From positions 62,001-126,000 of the IMG/VR virus record IMGVR_UViG_3300032675_000001: a stretch of DNA of 64,000 bases; one strand, given 5' to 3'. The translations under genes and the position numbers were made by a program. Below, in pieces: positions 1 through 9,146 of the stretch. How positions within the stretch are numbered: position 1 is the first letter of the stretch; the number at the start of each line of letters is the position of its first letter. Under the pieces are notes generated by a model. That model had not been told where the DNA came from. It saw only the letters and a list, made by a program, of their open reading frames with translations, and made no database searches.

Positions 1-1
1 C

Positions 2-262
2 GGTGGTAGTATACAAAGTAAAAGCAATCAACGTAGACTAGCAAATGGTTCGCATCATTTATTAAGAGAAAATAGCCCACAAATACAAAATAAAACGCAT
101 CATTTTTTCGGAGGTGATGTTCAGCGAAATAACAATTTTACGAGATTGGCAAATGGGACTCATCCATCGCAGACTGTTTGGAAATGTGAACATTGCGGCA
201 AAACTGGACGAGGCAAAACTAATTATAATAGATATCACGGCGATTCGTGTAAAAATATTTAA
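2..262 (+). CDS. C-terminal part of an HNH-family homing endonuclease (5' end outside window)
   Basis: Not in the ORF track. Frame 2 reads ...RLANGSHH...HHFFGGDVQR...LANGTHPSQTVWKCEHCGKTGRGKTNYNRYHGDSCKNI*. It has the same NGTH repeats and CxxC...RYHG..C tail as the HNH at 50660..51175. Confidence 0.8.
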   Translation, partial: GGSIQSKSNQRRLANGSHHLLRENSPQIQNKTHHFFGGDVQRNNNFTRLANGTHPSQTVWKCEHCGKTGRGKTNYNRYHGDSCKNI

Positions 263-627
263 TTATTTTTTCTGTAATCGCCAACTTTTCTTGTTGGACT
301 TACCTTGTTGGTATCTTCGCGTTCGGTGCTTTTAGATTTTGCCCATTTGCGACCACTTTTGTCCCCTACTTGTTTTGCAGCAAAGTCAAGCATCTTTTGT
401 TCCGCATCAGTATAGGCATGGAACATCGGATTGCCTCCGATAAAGTTTTCAGATGGAGTCGGAAACTCAGGAGCACCCGCCAAAGCAATACCCATTCTCC
501 AATGCATATATGAGTTACCATTACTGATATTCTGGTCATCATATGTGTTCACAGCACCCATTTCATTACCGAAGGATTCTGCATCCAACTTATGACTAGA
601 TTCAGTAATGAACTCGTGTGCTCGCAT
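259..627 (-). CDS. Putative virion/internal head protein, paralog of 627..1007
   Basis: Starts MRAHEFITE. Shares Y..WR.GIA.AGAP..PTP and N.VSP.RKV with its neighbour. Confidence 0.75.
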   Translation of the reverse strand: MRAHEFITESSHKLDAESFGNEMGAVNTYDDQNISNGNSYMHWRMGIALAGAPEFPTPSENFIGGNPMFHAYTDAEQKMLDFAAKQVGDKSGRKWAKSKSTEREDTNKVSPTRKVGDYRKNN

Positions 628-1007
628 TATTTTTTGTAGCCTTTGACTTTTCTAACTGGACTTACTGTATTAGTATTTGACATTTCTGTGCTGCGATTAT
701 CGCTTACCTTTTTCACTTTTCCGGCACCAACAGTCTTTGCAGCAATATTGATAATTTCAAGTTCTTCATCTGTATAAGTGGAAAGAAGCGGATCACCTGC
801 CATTGGTCCTACTGGTGGCGTGGGATAATCTGGAGCACCAGCCATCGCAATACCAAATCTCCATGCGAGATAAGGAGAACCATTTGATTTGTTGATACTC
901 AAATCGGGCATACTGATTGCGCCCTTTATAGCATCAAGTTGCCCTGCTGCAAAATCTTTAGGTTGAACCGGGGAATCAGCCTCTGTAATGAATTCTCTTG
1001 CTCTCAT
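627..1007 (-). CDS. Putative virion/internal head protein, paralog of 259..627
   Basis: Starts MRAREFITE. TAATG overlap with the next gene; late-promoter motif at 1034..1040. Confidence 0.75.
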   Translation of the reverse strand: MRAREFITEADSPVQPKDFAAGQLDAIKGAISMPDLSINKSNGSPYLAWRFGIAMAGAPDYPTPPVGPMAGDPLLSTYTDEELEIINIAAKTVGAGKVKKVSDNRSTEMSNTNTVSPVRKVKGYKK

Positions 1008-1032
1008 ATTAATATTCTTTCAGTTGCAATAC

Positions 1033-1911
1033 TTATTTATCAGAAGTGTGCTTCATTCCGTTGGAACTGAATGGTGGTTCACCATTGGTATCCTGCCACA
1101 ATGCTCTGTTACTAAGGATTTCCACCCAACAGTTTGTTTTTGGATGGTTAAGTGCCCAGAAATCAAACGATATATGACTTGAGATTGGGCGACAATAAAA
1201 CGTCTTTTCACTTGGAATGATCATTTCCTGTGCAGTGGTTCGCATCTTTTTACGTTCTGTGCTTGTTCTCATTACATTAAGCTGCGGACTATCAACATAG
1301 ATTCGGCACATTCCATTTACCATATCATCTTCATTTTCTGAAGTCATTACTATGCCCTGTGCCTGTAACATTCTGGATTCGCTGCTTATTCGGCTGAGAG
1401 TTTGTGATTCGTCATCTGGTGTTCTCTGATAACCGGCCCACGGCAACCATACACCGTGGTTAGTTCTTGCCACAACCTCATCATGCGGAATCTTTTTGCA
1501 AACGTAATGGTATTCATCATCTCTTTTGCAAGCTTCAAGTAAAAACAGAGTATCTTGATCATAGATAATCGTGTTCCCGGTCAACTCGTTTTCTATAGCA
1601 CGTTTTGCTGCACTGGTTGCATCTTTTTGAAGCAATGCGTCTGAAATCTTTTTACCATCTGGACTATGTTTAGTGGAAGTTTTGGTAACTTCCTTTTCAT
1701 CATCCTGAACCATCAAGCTTGCACTGAGGATTGCAACCCCACTGCTATTAAATCCTTCTTTATATCCAGTAACTTTGTCACAGAACATAAGTCTTTCAAG
1801 ACCATCTTTTTGAGAAACTTCAAATCCAATTTCTGGCACATAGTTTCTATCTCGGTTTTTTACTCCGACCCAGCCTTTATCTTCAAAGTATTTGGCAATG
1901 ATAACACACAT
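1033..1911 (-). CDS. Ntn-hydrolase-like protein (NRDE/TANGO2- or C45-like)
   Basis: N-terminal M-C nucleophile, KNRDR, G.N..GV.I and RTNH motifs. Confidence 0.6.
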   Translation of the reverse strand: MCVIIAKYFEDKGWVGVKNRDRNYVPEIGFEVSQKDGLERLMFCDKVTGYKEGFNSSGVAILSASLMVQDDEKEVTKTSTKHSPDGKKISDALLQKDATSAAKRAIENELTGNTIIYDQDTLFLLEACKRDDEYHYVCKKIPHDEVVARTNHGVWLPWAGYQRTPDDESQTLSRISSESRMLQAQGIVMTSENEDDMVNGMCRIYVDSPQLNVMRTSTERKKMRTTAQEMIIPSEKTFYCRPISSHISFDFWALNHPKTNCWVEILSNRALWQDTNGEPPFSSNGMKHTSDK

Positions 1912-1917
1912 TAAGTA

Positions 1918-2469
1918 TTAACTTCCTGACTGGTTAGTAGTAATGTCTCTTGAATCTTCGGTTTCCATTGCCGAGTTTGCATAACCATCAAGTGCTATAT
2001 CAAGACCGGGAGGATTTTCACCGATCCACATAATTTGTGATGAAATAAAATGTTCTAAAATGGTAGTACCATTAACCAATGGGTTGGCTAATATTTGCAC
2101 ATTTCCACCGTTTAAGTTCATATCATATCTTGATACCGCATTACCAAAGAATGTAGTTCCATAACCGGTAAATGATACTTGAGTTCCATCATTGCTTAGT
2201 TGTGCGGACAGTTGTATGTTCTGAGAATCTGATGTGGCGGGGTTGCTTGAACGAATGATAAACTGACCCTGAGTAAACGTATTGGCGGCAGTTTGAAATA
2301 TTACTTGGTTGGCAGTGTTACCTGTTGTAGTGGTGTTGCTAGTGTTTACGAAAGTAGCAAAAAGATTGGAAAAGTTATTGTTTACTTTTCCGAATGCTGT
2401 ACGTAATGGATCACCTTGTTGATCATTTGGTGCAGTTCCAATATTGATGATTTGTTGGGTAGCAGTCAT
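1918..2469 (-). CDS. Virion structural protein with a T4 gp9/gp10-like N-terminal motif
   Basis: QQIINIGTAPNDQQGDPLRTAFGKVNNNF. Late-promoter motif at 2492..2498. Confidence 0.7.
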   Translation of the reverse strand: MTATQQIINIGTAPNDQQGDPLRTAFGKVNNNFSNLFATFVNTSNTTTTGNTANQVIFQTAANTFTQGQFIIRSSNPATSDSQNIQLSAQLSNDGTQVSFTGYGTTFFGNAVSRYDMNLNGGNVQILANPLVNGTTILEHFISSQIMWIGENPPGLDIALDGYANSAMETEDSRDITTNQSGS

Positions 2470-2508
2470 TTAAATCTTCCACGTTATAGACTATTTATCT
2501 ATGGGAGA

Positions 2509-2781
2509 TTATTTAGAAGCGTTATCAAAAAGTTCTTTTTGGGTCTTGTACCATTCGTTCCAAGCATCCACTTTGGTAGAGCAATCGTGATACTTTACAT
2601 AGTTGTTAGTAACAGTGGTCATCATATCACTAAGTTTAGGATCATCCTTTTTTAGTGTATCCAACTGAGGACATGGCTGCTTTAAGACATCGGGTGCTAC
2701 AGGAAACTTTACTGTGATTGGAACTGCGGTTGTACAGGCAGAAGCTAATAACAGTAATGGAAGTACTAGCAACTTTTTCAC
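2509..2781 (-). CDS. o-spanin (Rz1-like outer-membrane lipoprotein)
   Basis: Signal peptide with lipobox LASAC, Pro-rich segment and two further Cys. 4-nt overlap with the upstream membrane protein. Confidence 0.75.
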   Translation of the reverse strand: MKKLLVLPLLLLASACTTAVPITVKFPVAPDVLKQPCPQLDTLKKDDPKLSDMMTTVTNNYVKYHDCSTKVDAWNEWYKTQKELFDNASK

Positions 2782-3221
2782 TTTTTGTCTCCTGTAATAA
2801 GTGCTGCTTGATTGTGTAAGTCAACTGCCTCGGGTGGAATTTTACAATCTTTATCAAGTATAGGAGCATCTTGCTGGATAGTTGTAACTATAGCTTGTCC
2901 CTTCTCATGAATGACTTGAGTTTTGGTTAAAACCTTGGTTACAATCTGGGTGTTTACTTGAGCCGATTGCGCTTCTGCATTTGCCAACTTTGCTTTAAGA
3001 TTGGCAGCTTCGGCATCAATCTTCTTTTGCTGCGCTTGCTCTCCAGAAAAATAAATGGCAAATCCCAGAGCCACTGATCCTAAAATACTAACCGGTAACT
3101 TAAAAAACTTTGCAGTTCGCAGAAAACCCATTATGAGTGCCATGATATGAAGTCCAACACCCACTACAATGAGCATGTGGATTAACCATTTCATCATGAG
3201 TCCGAATAAAAATGAAAACAT
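2778..3221 (-). CDS. i-spanin (Rz-like inner-membrane protein)
   Basis: N-terminal TM helices, coiled coil and C-terminal C.IP motif. Coupled to the lipoprotein gene; TATAAATA at 3230..3237. Confidence 0.7.
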   Translation of the reverse strand: MFSFLFGLMMKWLIHMLIVVGVGLHIMALIMGFLRTAKFFKLPVSILGSVALGFAIYFSGEQAQQKKIDAEAANLKAKLANAEAQSAQVNTQIVTKVLTKTQVIHEKGQAIVTTIQQDAPILDKDCKIPPEAVDLHNQAALITGDKK

Positions 3222-3232
3222 AGCACAAGTAT

Positions 3233-4318
3233 TTATACTTTGCTTTTATAATATCCCTTTATGGCATCAATCACATATTCTACATCACCATCAACCATTT
3301 CTGGATAAATGGGCAAACTGATCAATCCTCTAACAAGATGTATACTTGTACTCATCATATCAGGCTTTGACAATATTTTGTGGCTTCTGGATATTGGAAG
3401 CTCGCTCAATGTACGTGGATAGTGAATCTTTACTTCAATACCATGATTAATCAGATAGGCAAATAGACGGTCACGATCCTCTACATAGATAACGAACTTT
3501 TGGTCTGCATGTAGCATGAAATCCTTTGATAGACATCTGATCGGCAAGTTCTCAAACTCCTTGATATACTGTCGTTTGATTTGCTTTCGGCGGGCTTGCC
3601 ACTCACCAAGATACTTTGTTCTGACTAAAAGATGAGCACAATCTAGTTCACTCATCTTGGAGTTAGTCCCGTGCCACTCGTGTATCGGTTTACCGTTGTT
3701 TTTTACTGCATCAACATATCGGTATAGGTCTTCATCATTAGTTACAACTGCTCCACCATTACCAGAAGCAGGCAAGTTTTTGGTTGGGTCAAAACTGATC
3801 GCCATCCCTGCACCAATATTATCTACAGCCGCCAACCAATGTTGGGCACCATCTACGATGGTTTTGCTATCATGATAGTTAAAGTTTTTGCCTGCGGCAC
3901 CGTAAAGACCGACGAAACATTGATAGTCATTATCAGATACTTCTTCTTGTTGTTCCATAATTCCCCATTTGTCAGTGTCAACGAGATGAACACGCCACCC
4001 ATTATTCAGAAAAGCATTGAGCGTAGCAGGATAGGTGATATTGGGGATTCTGATTACAGGATTCTGATCGTTGCCATTTATAAAATCTTGGTCACTGACA
4101 TATTGTGCAATAAACTCAAGTGCATGAGTACCACTATGAACCACACTGGCATACTTGGCTCCAGTCCTATCGGTCAGCCATCGCTCAAACTCTAAGGTGA
4201 ACTGACCACCAATCAACTGTCCACTTTTTAGGACAAGATCAGTTGCTTCTAACAGTTCTTCCTTGAGATTATCGTATTGCTTTGCTAGACCAAAATGGGG
4301 AACTTTGTAGATACTCAT
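3233..4318 (-). CDS. DegT/DnrJ/EryC1/StrS family PLP-dependent sugar aminotransferase
   Basis: SGTHAL, DGAQ, SFDPTKNL (PLP Lys) and ISLPIYP motifs. Start moved to MSIYKV. Confidence 0.9.
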   Translation of the reverse strand: MSIYKVPHFGLAKQYDNLKEELLEATDLVLKSGQLIGGQFTLEFERWLTDRTGAKYASVVHSGTHALEFIAQYVSDQDFINGNDQNPVIRIPNITYPATLNAFLNNGWRVHLVDTDKWGIMEQQEEVSDNDYQCFVGLYGAAGKNFNYHDSKTIVDGAQHWLAAVDNIGAGMAISFDPTKNLPASGNGGAVVTNDEDLYRYVDAVKNNGKPIHEWHGTNSKMSELDCAHLLVRTKYLGEWQARRKQIKRQYIKEFENLPIRCLSKDFMLHADQKFVIYVEDRDRLFAYLINHGIEVKIHYPRTLSELPISRSHKILSKPDMMSTSIHLVRGLISLPIYPEMVDGDVEYVIDAIKGYYKSKV

Positions 4319-5234
4319 AGTATCGCTGAAATCCTTCTTCAATATCAATCTTGGGGTCAAAACCCAAGTCACGACTAATCTCATGAATGGAAAGCGTTCC
4401 CCGACTGGGATAGTCTACGCTTTTATGACCAATGTGAATATCCCCTTTACCGACAATATTAACAACAAGCTGCGCTGCTTCCAAAAGTGTTCTTGACTTT
4501 CCTCTAGCTACGTTGTACGTTTTGAAGTTTGTCCTCGGAGACAATGCAGCCAGAATAATGCCATCTACCGTGTCATCCACATAGGTGAAATCCAAGCGTT
4601 CATTTGCTCCATTCACTTTCAATGTTTCTCCTCGCATAGCAGCAAGAAAGAACTTTGAAACAACACGATCTTCAACATCACGAGGTCCGTATACTGCACT
4701 TGGACGAACGATTGTATAATCAAAGCAGCTACGGTAAGCATAATCTTTTACCAGCCATTCGCCAGCAAGCTTCATGATGCCATACTGGCCCTGAGCAGCA
4801 CAAGCAGAATACTCATTGTTAATGCCATCAAAATCGCCGTATACCATACTGCTGCTTACATAGACGAACTTCTTAACCTTGTATTTGCAACTCAGTTCAC
4901 ATAGGTTGAGAAGTCCCTCAATCATAGTCCTTGATCCAAGCATTGGATCAGCGTTCACTACTTTTTGACGAGGGAAACTTGCCAGATGGATTACCATTTC
5001 TGGCTCAAACGTTTTAAAGACAGTCTCCACTTCCGGCCACCCAATATCATACATGTGACATATGGATGAAATATGTGAACTACGTTCTTCAATCAATGCG
5101 TTCAACTCGTCTTCTGGAATGATCCCATAATGCGTGATTTTGTCAAGGATTTCAACATCATGTCCCATATCTTCAAGACGAGAAACTACGTTGTGGCCAA
5201 TGAAGCCCATACCTCCAGTAACAAGTATCCTCAC
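4269..5234 (-). CDS. NAD-dependent nucleotide-sugar epimerase/dehydratase
   Basis: GGMGFIG, SSSMVYG, YGIMK (YxxxK) and VYGP motifs. Confidence 0.92.
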   Translation of the reverse strand: MRILVTGGMGFIGHNVVSRLEDMGHDVEILDKITHYGIIPEDELNALIEERSSHISSICHMYDIGWPEVETVFKTFEPEMVIHLASFPRQKVVNADPMLGSRTMIEGLLNLCELSCKYKVKKFVYVSSSMVYGDFDGINNEYSACAAQGQYGIMKLAGEWLVKDYAYRSCFDYTIVRPSAVYGPRDVEDRVVSKFFLAAMRGETLKVNGANERLDFTYVDDTVDGIILAALSPRTNFKTYNVARGKSRTLLEAAQLVVNIVGKGDIHIGHKSVDYPSRGTLSIHEISRDLGFDPKIDIEEGFQRYYEYLQSSPFWSSKAIR

Positions 5235-5521
5235 TTGTTGTTATCCAGATAATGCTGACCGACCAAAACCATAGCCCTAGCTTGTTCGTCGTTGTTGGGA
5301 AGCTGAATGTGCGTTCCTGATTCATAACGATTAGCATTTTCCAGCAAAGGTGCAATATCGTTGTCAAAGATTTGAGCCATGTTATTAAACAGCATTTTTC
5401 TCTCAGATTCGGTCATTCCTGACATTAGGGAATACATGCGATCATCTTCACTGATTTCAAGTCCATAATCATGTCTCCACGTAAAGCACATAGCAGTGAT
5501 AATTTCTTCTCTAGTTTTCAT
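5231..5521 (-). CDS. Hypothetical protein
   Basis: Coupled ORF in the operon. Confidence 0.7.
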   Translation of the reverse strand: MKTREEIITAMCFTWRHDYGLEISEDDRMYSLMSGMTESERKMLFNNMAQIFDNDIAPLLENANRYESGTHIQLPNNDEQARAMVLVGQHYLDNNK

Positions 5522-5685
5522 TTCAATGAGTCCAATTGATTTTTTAATGAGTCAAGTCTAGTAGAATGATAGTTAAGAACGACATGATCCAGATAGGTCC
5601 CGTTTTCGGATAGATTCATCATTTGCTTTTGCAATTCAAGAAACTCGGAAATTATCTGACTTCGTTTCTCTGCTCTAGATTTCAT
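5518..5685 (-). CDS. Small hypothetical protein (55 aa)
   Basis: Not in the track. MKSRAEKRSQIISEFLELQK...LDSLK*; ATGA overlaps at both ends fill the gap exactly. Confidence 0.65.
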   Translation of the reverse strand: MKSRAEKRSQIISEFLELQKQMMNLSENGTYLDHVVLNYHSTRLDSLKNQLDSLK

Positions 5686-6503
5686 ACTTCAATCTTTCTA
5701 ACAATATGGTTTTTAAATACGCTTTTAGTGGGCATCTTTCCTTCAGCCATTCTTTTAACAGTAGCATGGACATTAGCTATACTCACTCCAAACTCATTTG
5801 CAATGGTTTTTAATCCTGCTACTGTTTTCGTTTCTCCAGAAGGGTAAGTTATTTCATACCATGTTACATAAGATAGTTCAGCAGGGTCAACTCCCTTTAT
5901 CCAACTATTCTCTAATTGATACTCCTTCAATCGTTGTTTAGTATCATCAGTATGGGAACGTCTATAGAACGGATTGTTTTCACCGGTCCTATCACGACAT
6001 TCACCGCAGGTGTTAGCAGTCGGTTCGATCTTATTTTTTGAGCAACAAGGGCATAATTTCATTCTTCCACCGTTCTTCCAATTCGGGTTTTGTGATCCCG
6101 GTTTGCTAAACCGAGCAACCTTTTCCTCTGAGGACAACGAATTCATCCAATCTCTAAACTTGGTTGTGCGATTCTCTATAATTTGTTCGCGGTTCGGATG
6201 ATTTAATAATGTATCGCCACCGTTAGCCGGGGCGATGTTATATCCTCCTGCATTGTTATCAATATACCACTGCTCTCTGTAGTGAAGTTCTTCTTCAGAA
6301 GGGTCACCCATATCTTCTACTAGAGTAAAATGGAAGTTTTCCATACCATGCTTATTATAAGCCCGCTGTAGGAACACATTAATGTGATGGCCTTTGCGTA
6401 GGCCGCGACGGTGTTGCTCTAATCTCCATTCTACCTTCATAGAGCTTCCATAGTATTTCTTTCCATCTATCACATTTTCAATACAGTATATACCCTTCAT
6501 CAT
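5682..6503 (-). CDS. Free-standing GIY-YIG homing endonuclease
   Basis: GIYCIEN...YYGSS...R..QH, E and GYN catalytic motifs. NPNWK/NNPFY NUMOD-like repeats and CxxC pairs. Confidence 0.92.
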   Translation of the reverse strand: MMKGIYCIENVIDGKKYYGSSMKVEWRLEQHRRGLRKGHHINVFLQRAYNKHGMENFHFTLVEDMGDPSEEELHYREQWYIDNNAGGYNIAPANGGDTLLNHPNREQIIENRTTKFRDWMNSLSSEEKVARFSKPGSQNPNWKNGGRMKLCPCCSKNKIEPTANTCGECRDRTGENNPFYRRSHTDDTKQRLKEYQLENSWIKGVDPAELSYVTWYEITYPSGETKTVAGLKTIANEFGVSIANVHATVKRMAEGKMPTKSVFKNHIVRKIEV

Positions 6504-6524
6504 AATCTCCTATGATGTATTTAG
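6498..6524 (-). promoter_or_regulatory. Late promoter (CTAAATA) plus hairpin enclosing the RBS/start of the GIY-YIG gene
   Basis: Minus strand reads CTAAATA CATCATA GGAGAT TATGATG; CATCATA pairs with TATGATG. Confidence 0.6.
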
Positions 6525-6545
6525 TCCTAGCTCTACCTTTTCACA

Positions 6546-7376
6546 TTACACCGCCATCGGGGCAGGTAATGCGGAATGACTTTCATACCCGATTAATTTC
6601 ACATCTGCCATAGTAAACTTATCTATGTCAGTAATTTCTGGGTTAATCCACAGTCCGGGCAGTGGGTAAGGCTCTCGTGATAGTTGTTCTTTAACCTGAT
6701 CAATGTGATTAGTATAAATATGAGTGTCCCCCGTTGATATGATCAGTTCACCTACATCAAGATTACAAACTTGTGCAATCATATGCGTAAGCAATGCATA
6801 ACTGGCGATATTAAAGGGACTTCCTAAGTATACATCGCAACTGCGCTGGTACATGTGACAGCTTAGCTTACCGTTGCTAACATAGAACTGACTCATTACA
6901 TGGCATGGAGGAAGCGCCATTTGATCGAGTTCGTCTACGTTCCATGCAGTAATGATGTGCCTGCGACCGTTAGGATCGTTCTTTAATCCGTCGATAAGTC
7001 TTTCAACTTGATCGACTCCACCCCAGTCTCTCCATTGAACACCGTATACTCGGCCCAAATCCCCGGAGAATTTTGCTCTAGGTTGCCAATAAGCTGCCTC
7101 AGCATTTCCTGTCCAGATCGTATTACGGCCTGAGTCTGACCGTCCGTATAAAATTTCAGCAAGTCTTCTCTCATCGTTGCTCCCTTCTAAAAACCAAAGC
7201 AGTTCACTGACTACTGCTTTCCATGCGAGTTTCTTTGTAGTAACAGCGGGGAACCCTTTTGTCAAGTCAAACCTTAGTTGGCGACCAAAGACACTGATTG
7301 TTCCTACTCCGGTTCTGTCACTTTTTTGTTCGCCGTTATTTAGTATGTCTTGTAATAAATCTAGATATTGATTCAT
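6546..7376 (-). CDS. thyA: Thymidylate synthase
   Basis: DRTGVGT, ELLWFL, MALPPCH, YQRSCD.YLG.PFNIASY and HIY motifs. Uninterrupted. Confidence 0.98.
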   Translation of the reverse strand: MNQYLDLLQDILNNGEQKSDRTGVGTISVFGRQLRFDLTKGFPAVTTKKLAWKAVVSELLWFLEGSNDERRLAEILYGRSDSGRNTIWTGNAEAAYWQPRAKFSGDLGRVYGVQWRDWGGVDQVERLIDGLKNDPNGRRHIITAWNVDELDQMALPPCHVMSQFYVSNGKLSCHMYQRSCDVYLGSPFNIASYALLTHMIAQVCNLDVGELIISTGDTHIYTNHIDQVKEQLSREPYPLPGLWINPEITDIDKFTMADVKLIGYESHSALPAPMAV

Positions 7377-7390
7377 GTGTTTTACCTATT

Positions 7391-8380
7391 TTATAAACTA
7401 TAAAGATATTTCCAGTTATCACATTGCCATTCGTGACGTTTTTGCGCAAAATATTTCATGAAAAATGGTATAGAGACAAACAAGCCTAGCATAAACCATC
7501 CTTCTGTTAGTTCCCATGCCATCCAAGCGGCAATGAAGGGAAACAGAAAAATAAAAATACCGATCAGTTTGTCAGTACTTTTTGCTTGGGCTGCTTTATG
7601 TCTCTCACGTTTAATTTCGGCTACTTCGTTGAGTAGACGAGACTCCTTGAGTTCTTCCGTGTTAACTTCCCAATATACTTCACTGGCCCCATTAGAAAAT
7701 GCTTCGTTAAGCTCTTCATCTTTGAATGGCTTTTGCCATCCCATTTTTAGTTCACCTGTCTTTTCATCAATGGTGGAAGAAAAATGACTATCAAACGTAT
7801 CTGTTCTAATAGTTTTTCCGTTAATGGTGATTCCTGTATATAGACTAAATCGTGAAGACAGAGTGCCTTCCGCTATTTGTCTACCTGCTCTGTAAGCACT
7901 ATCCAGCAGGGATTCTCTAGCATAAATCTGAAGTCCATTTATGCGATCCCTCAACCCTTTTCGGAATTCTTCCTGTAATGTAGGAGTAACAAATGGATGA
8001 TCATATGTCCATTTTGTAATGCCACTTTCCTGTACAAGAATGTTTAGATTTTGCTGATTGCCATCAACAAACTCATCATCAATATAGTTATACCCTTTAT
8101 TATAGGCGTCTTTGGGACGTATGGCAATTTCAAATATTGCCTGAGTCTGGGATGCAATCGCTGCAATGCGCTGTTGTTCTGCATTTATTATCGCTTGTGC
8201 ACGGTTTGCGGCAGCAATATCATTCTGGCGCTGCATTTCGTAATCGTGTTGGCGGTTTAAATCTACTTGACGCTGATGCTGTTTTGTTATAGCTTCAGTT
8301 TGAATACATACTGGACATCTTGTTGCGCCAAGATCAGTGTAAAATATTGATCCACATCCCCAGCAATTTCTTTGACTCAT
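7391..8380 (-). CDS. Hypothetical protein: N-terminal Zn ribbon, coiled coil, two C-terminal TM helices
   Basis: CWGC...CPVC; hydrophobic C-terminus; ATGA overlap with dfr. Confidence 0.75.
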   Translation of the reverse strand: MSQRNCWGCGSIFYTDLGATRCPVCIQTEAITKQHQRQVDLNRQHDYEMQRQNDIAAANRAQAIINAEQQRIAAIASQTQAIFEIAIRPKDAYNKGYNYIDDEFVDGNQQNLNILVQESGITKWTYDHPFVTPTLQEEFRKGLRDRINGLQIYARESLLDSAYRAGRQIAEGTLSSRFSLYTGITINGKTIRTDTFDSHFSSTIDEKTGELKMGWQKPFKDEELNEAFSNGASEVYWEVNTEELKESRLLNEVAEIKRERHKAAQAKSTDKLIGIFIFLFPFIAAWMAWELTEGWFMLGLFVSIPFFMKYFAQKRHEWQCDNWKYLYSL

Positions 8381-8835
8381 TTTCTCTTCCAAATTTGATA
8401 TTCGTGGTCGGAGAACACCTCGTTGTAAGTCCTCTCAAACATATGTTCCAAGTATATCAAACTTATGAAAGTATCGCAAGTATAATGGGTAAACGTCTTA
8501 CTCAAATGCACTTCGTCTATATAATCCCAACATGTCTCGATGAGTTTTGCTCCACCTATCAGCCAATATTTTTCACCAGCGGTGGAGAAATCAGTGTTCA
8601 TCGTTACAACATGTGGGTTTCCAGTGATGTTAGATATACTAGTCGTAACAACTACATTTATTCGGTTAGGCAACGGCTTGTTATTCAAGCTATCCCATGT
8701 GTTTCTTCCCATGACTATGATGCCATTTGAAGTTAACCTCTTGAATCTTGGCAAATCGCCTTGGATTTTACTCCAAGGCAATCTGTTTTGATAACCAATA
8801 CCGCCATTTGGATCGCAGGCTAATATCAGTTTCAT
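8377..8835 (-). CDS. dfr: Dihydrofolate reductase
   Basis: IG..N.LPW, D...FK, MGRNTWDS, PLPNR.N.V and IGG motifs. Confidence 0.95.
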   Translation of the reverse strand: MKLILACDPNGGIGYQNRLPWSKIQGDLPRFKRLTSNGIIVMGRNTWDSLNNKPLPNRINVVVTTSISNITGNPHVVTMNTDFSTAGEKYWLIGGAKLIETCWDYIDEVHLSKTFTHYTCDTFISLIYLEHMFERTYNEVFSDHEYQIWKRK

Positions 8836-9132
8836 TTATAATCCACTTAATAACTTATCTGTTTCTGGTTGCACTACCTCTGCGATACTTTCCACGTCGA
8901 GAATGAACTCAATCCCAATTACCATATCATCTAGATCAATAAGTTTACGACTAATGAACTCTTCTATTTGATCTGGTTCAAGCCCTTGGTTAAGCAGCCG
9001 CCCGATGTTGATAGTATGCTGACGGCGACCTTCAAGCCTCAAGATCAACTTCTTGATAAACTCTACAGGAATCTTCTGCTTATCAACGTCTTCTAGCAGC
9101 CGCTCCCATTTCTGAATGAACTCAGGCGACAT
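8836..9132 (-). CDS. Hypothetical protein
   Basis: Abutting ORF in the operon. Confidence 0.75.
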   Translation of the reverse strand: MSPEFIQKWERLLEDVDKQKIPVEFIKKLILRLEGRRQHTINIGRLLNQGLEPDQIEEFISRKLIDLDDMVIGIEFILDVESIAEVVQPETDKLLSGL

Positions 9133-9146
9133 ATATTATATGCGCC

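Noticed and set aside
114-335. Track ORF 114..335 (+) and the many other 60-140 aa ORFs overlapping assigned genes
   Set aside because: They are off-frame or antisense to well-supported genes and lack motifs; the real coding frame at the left edge is 2..262.
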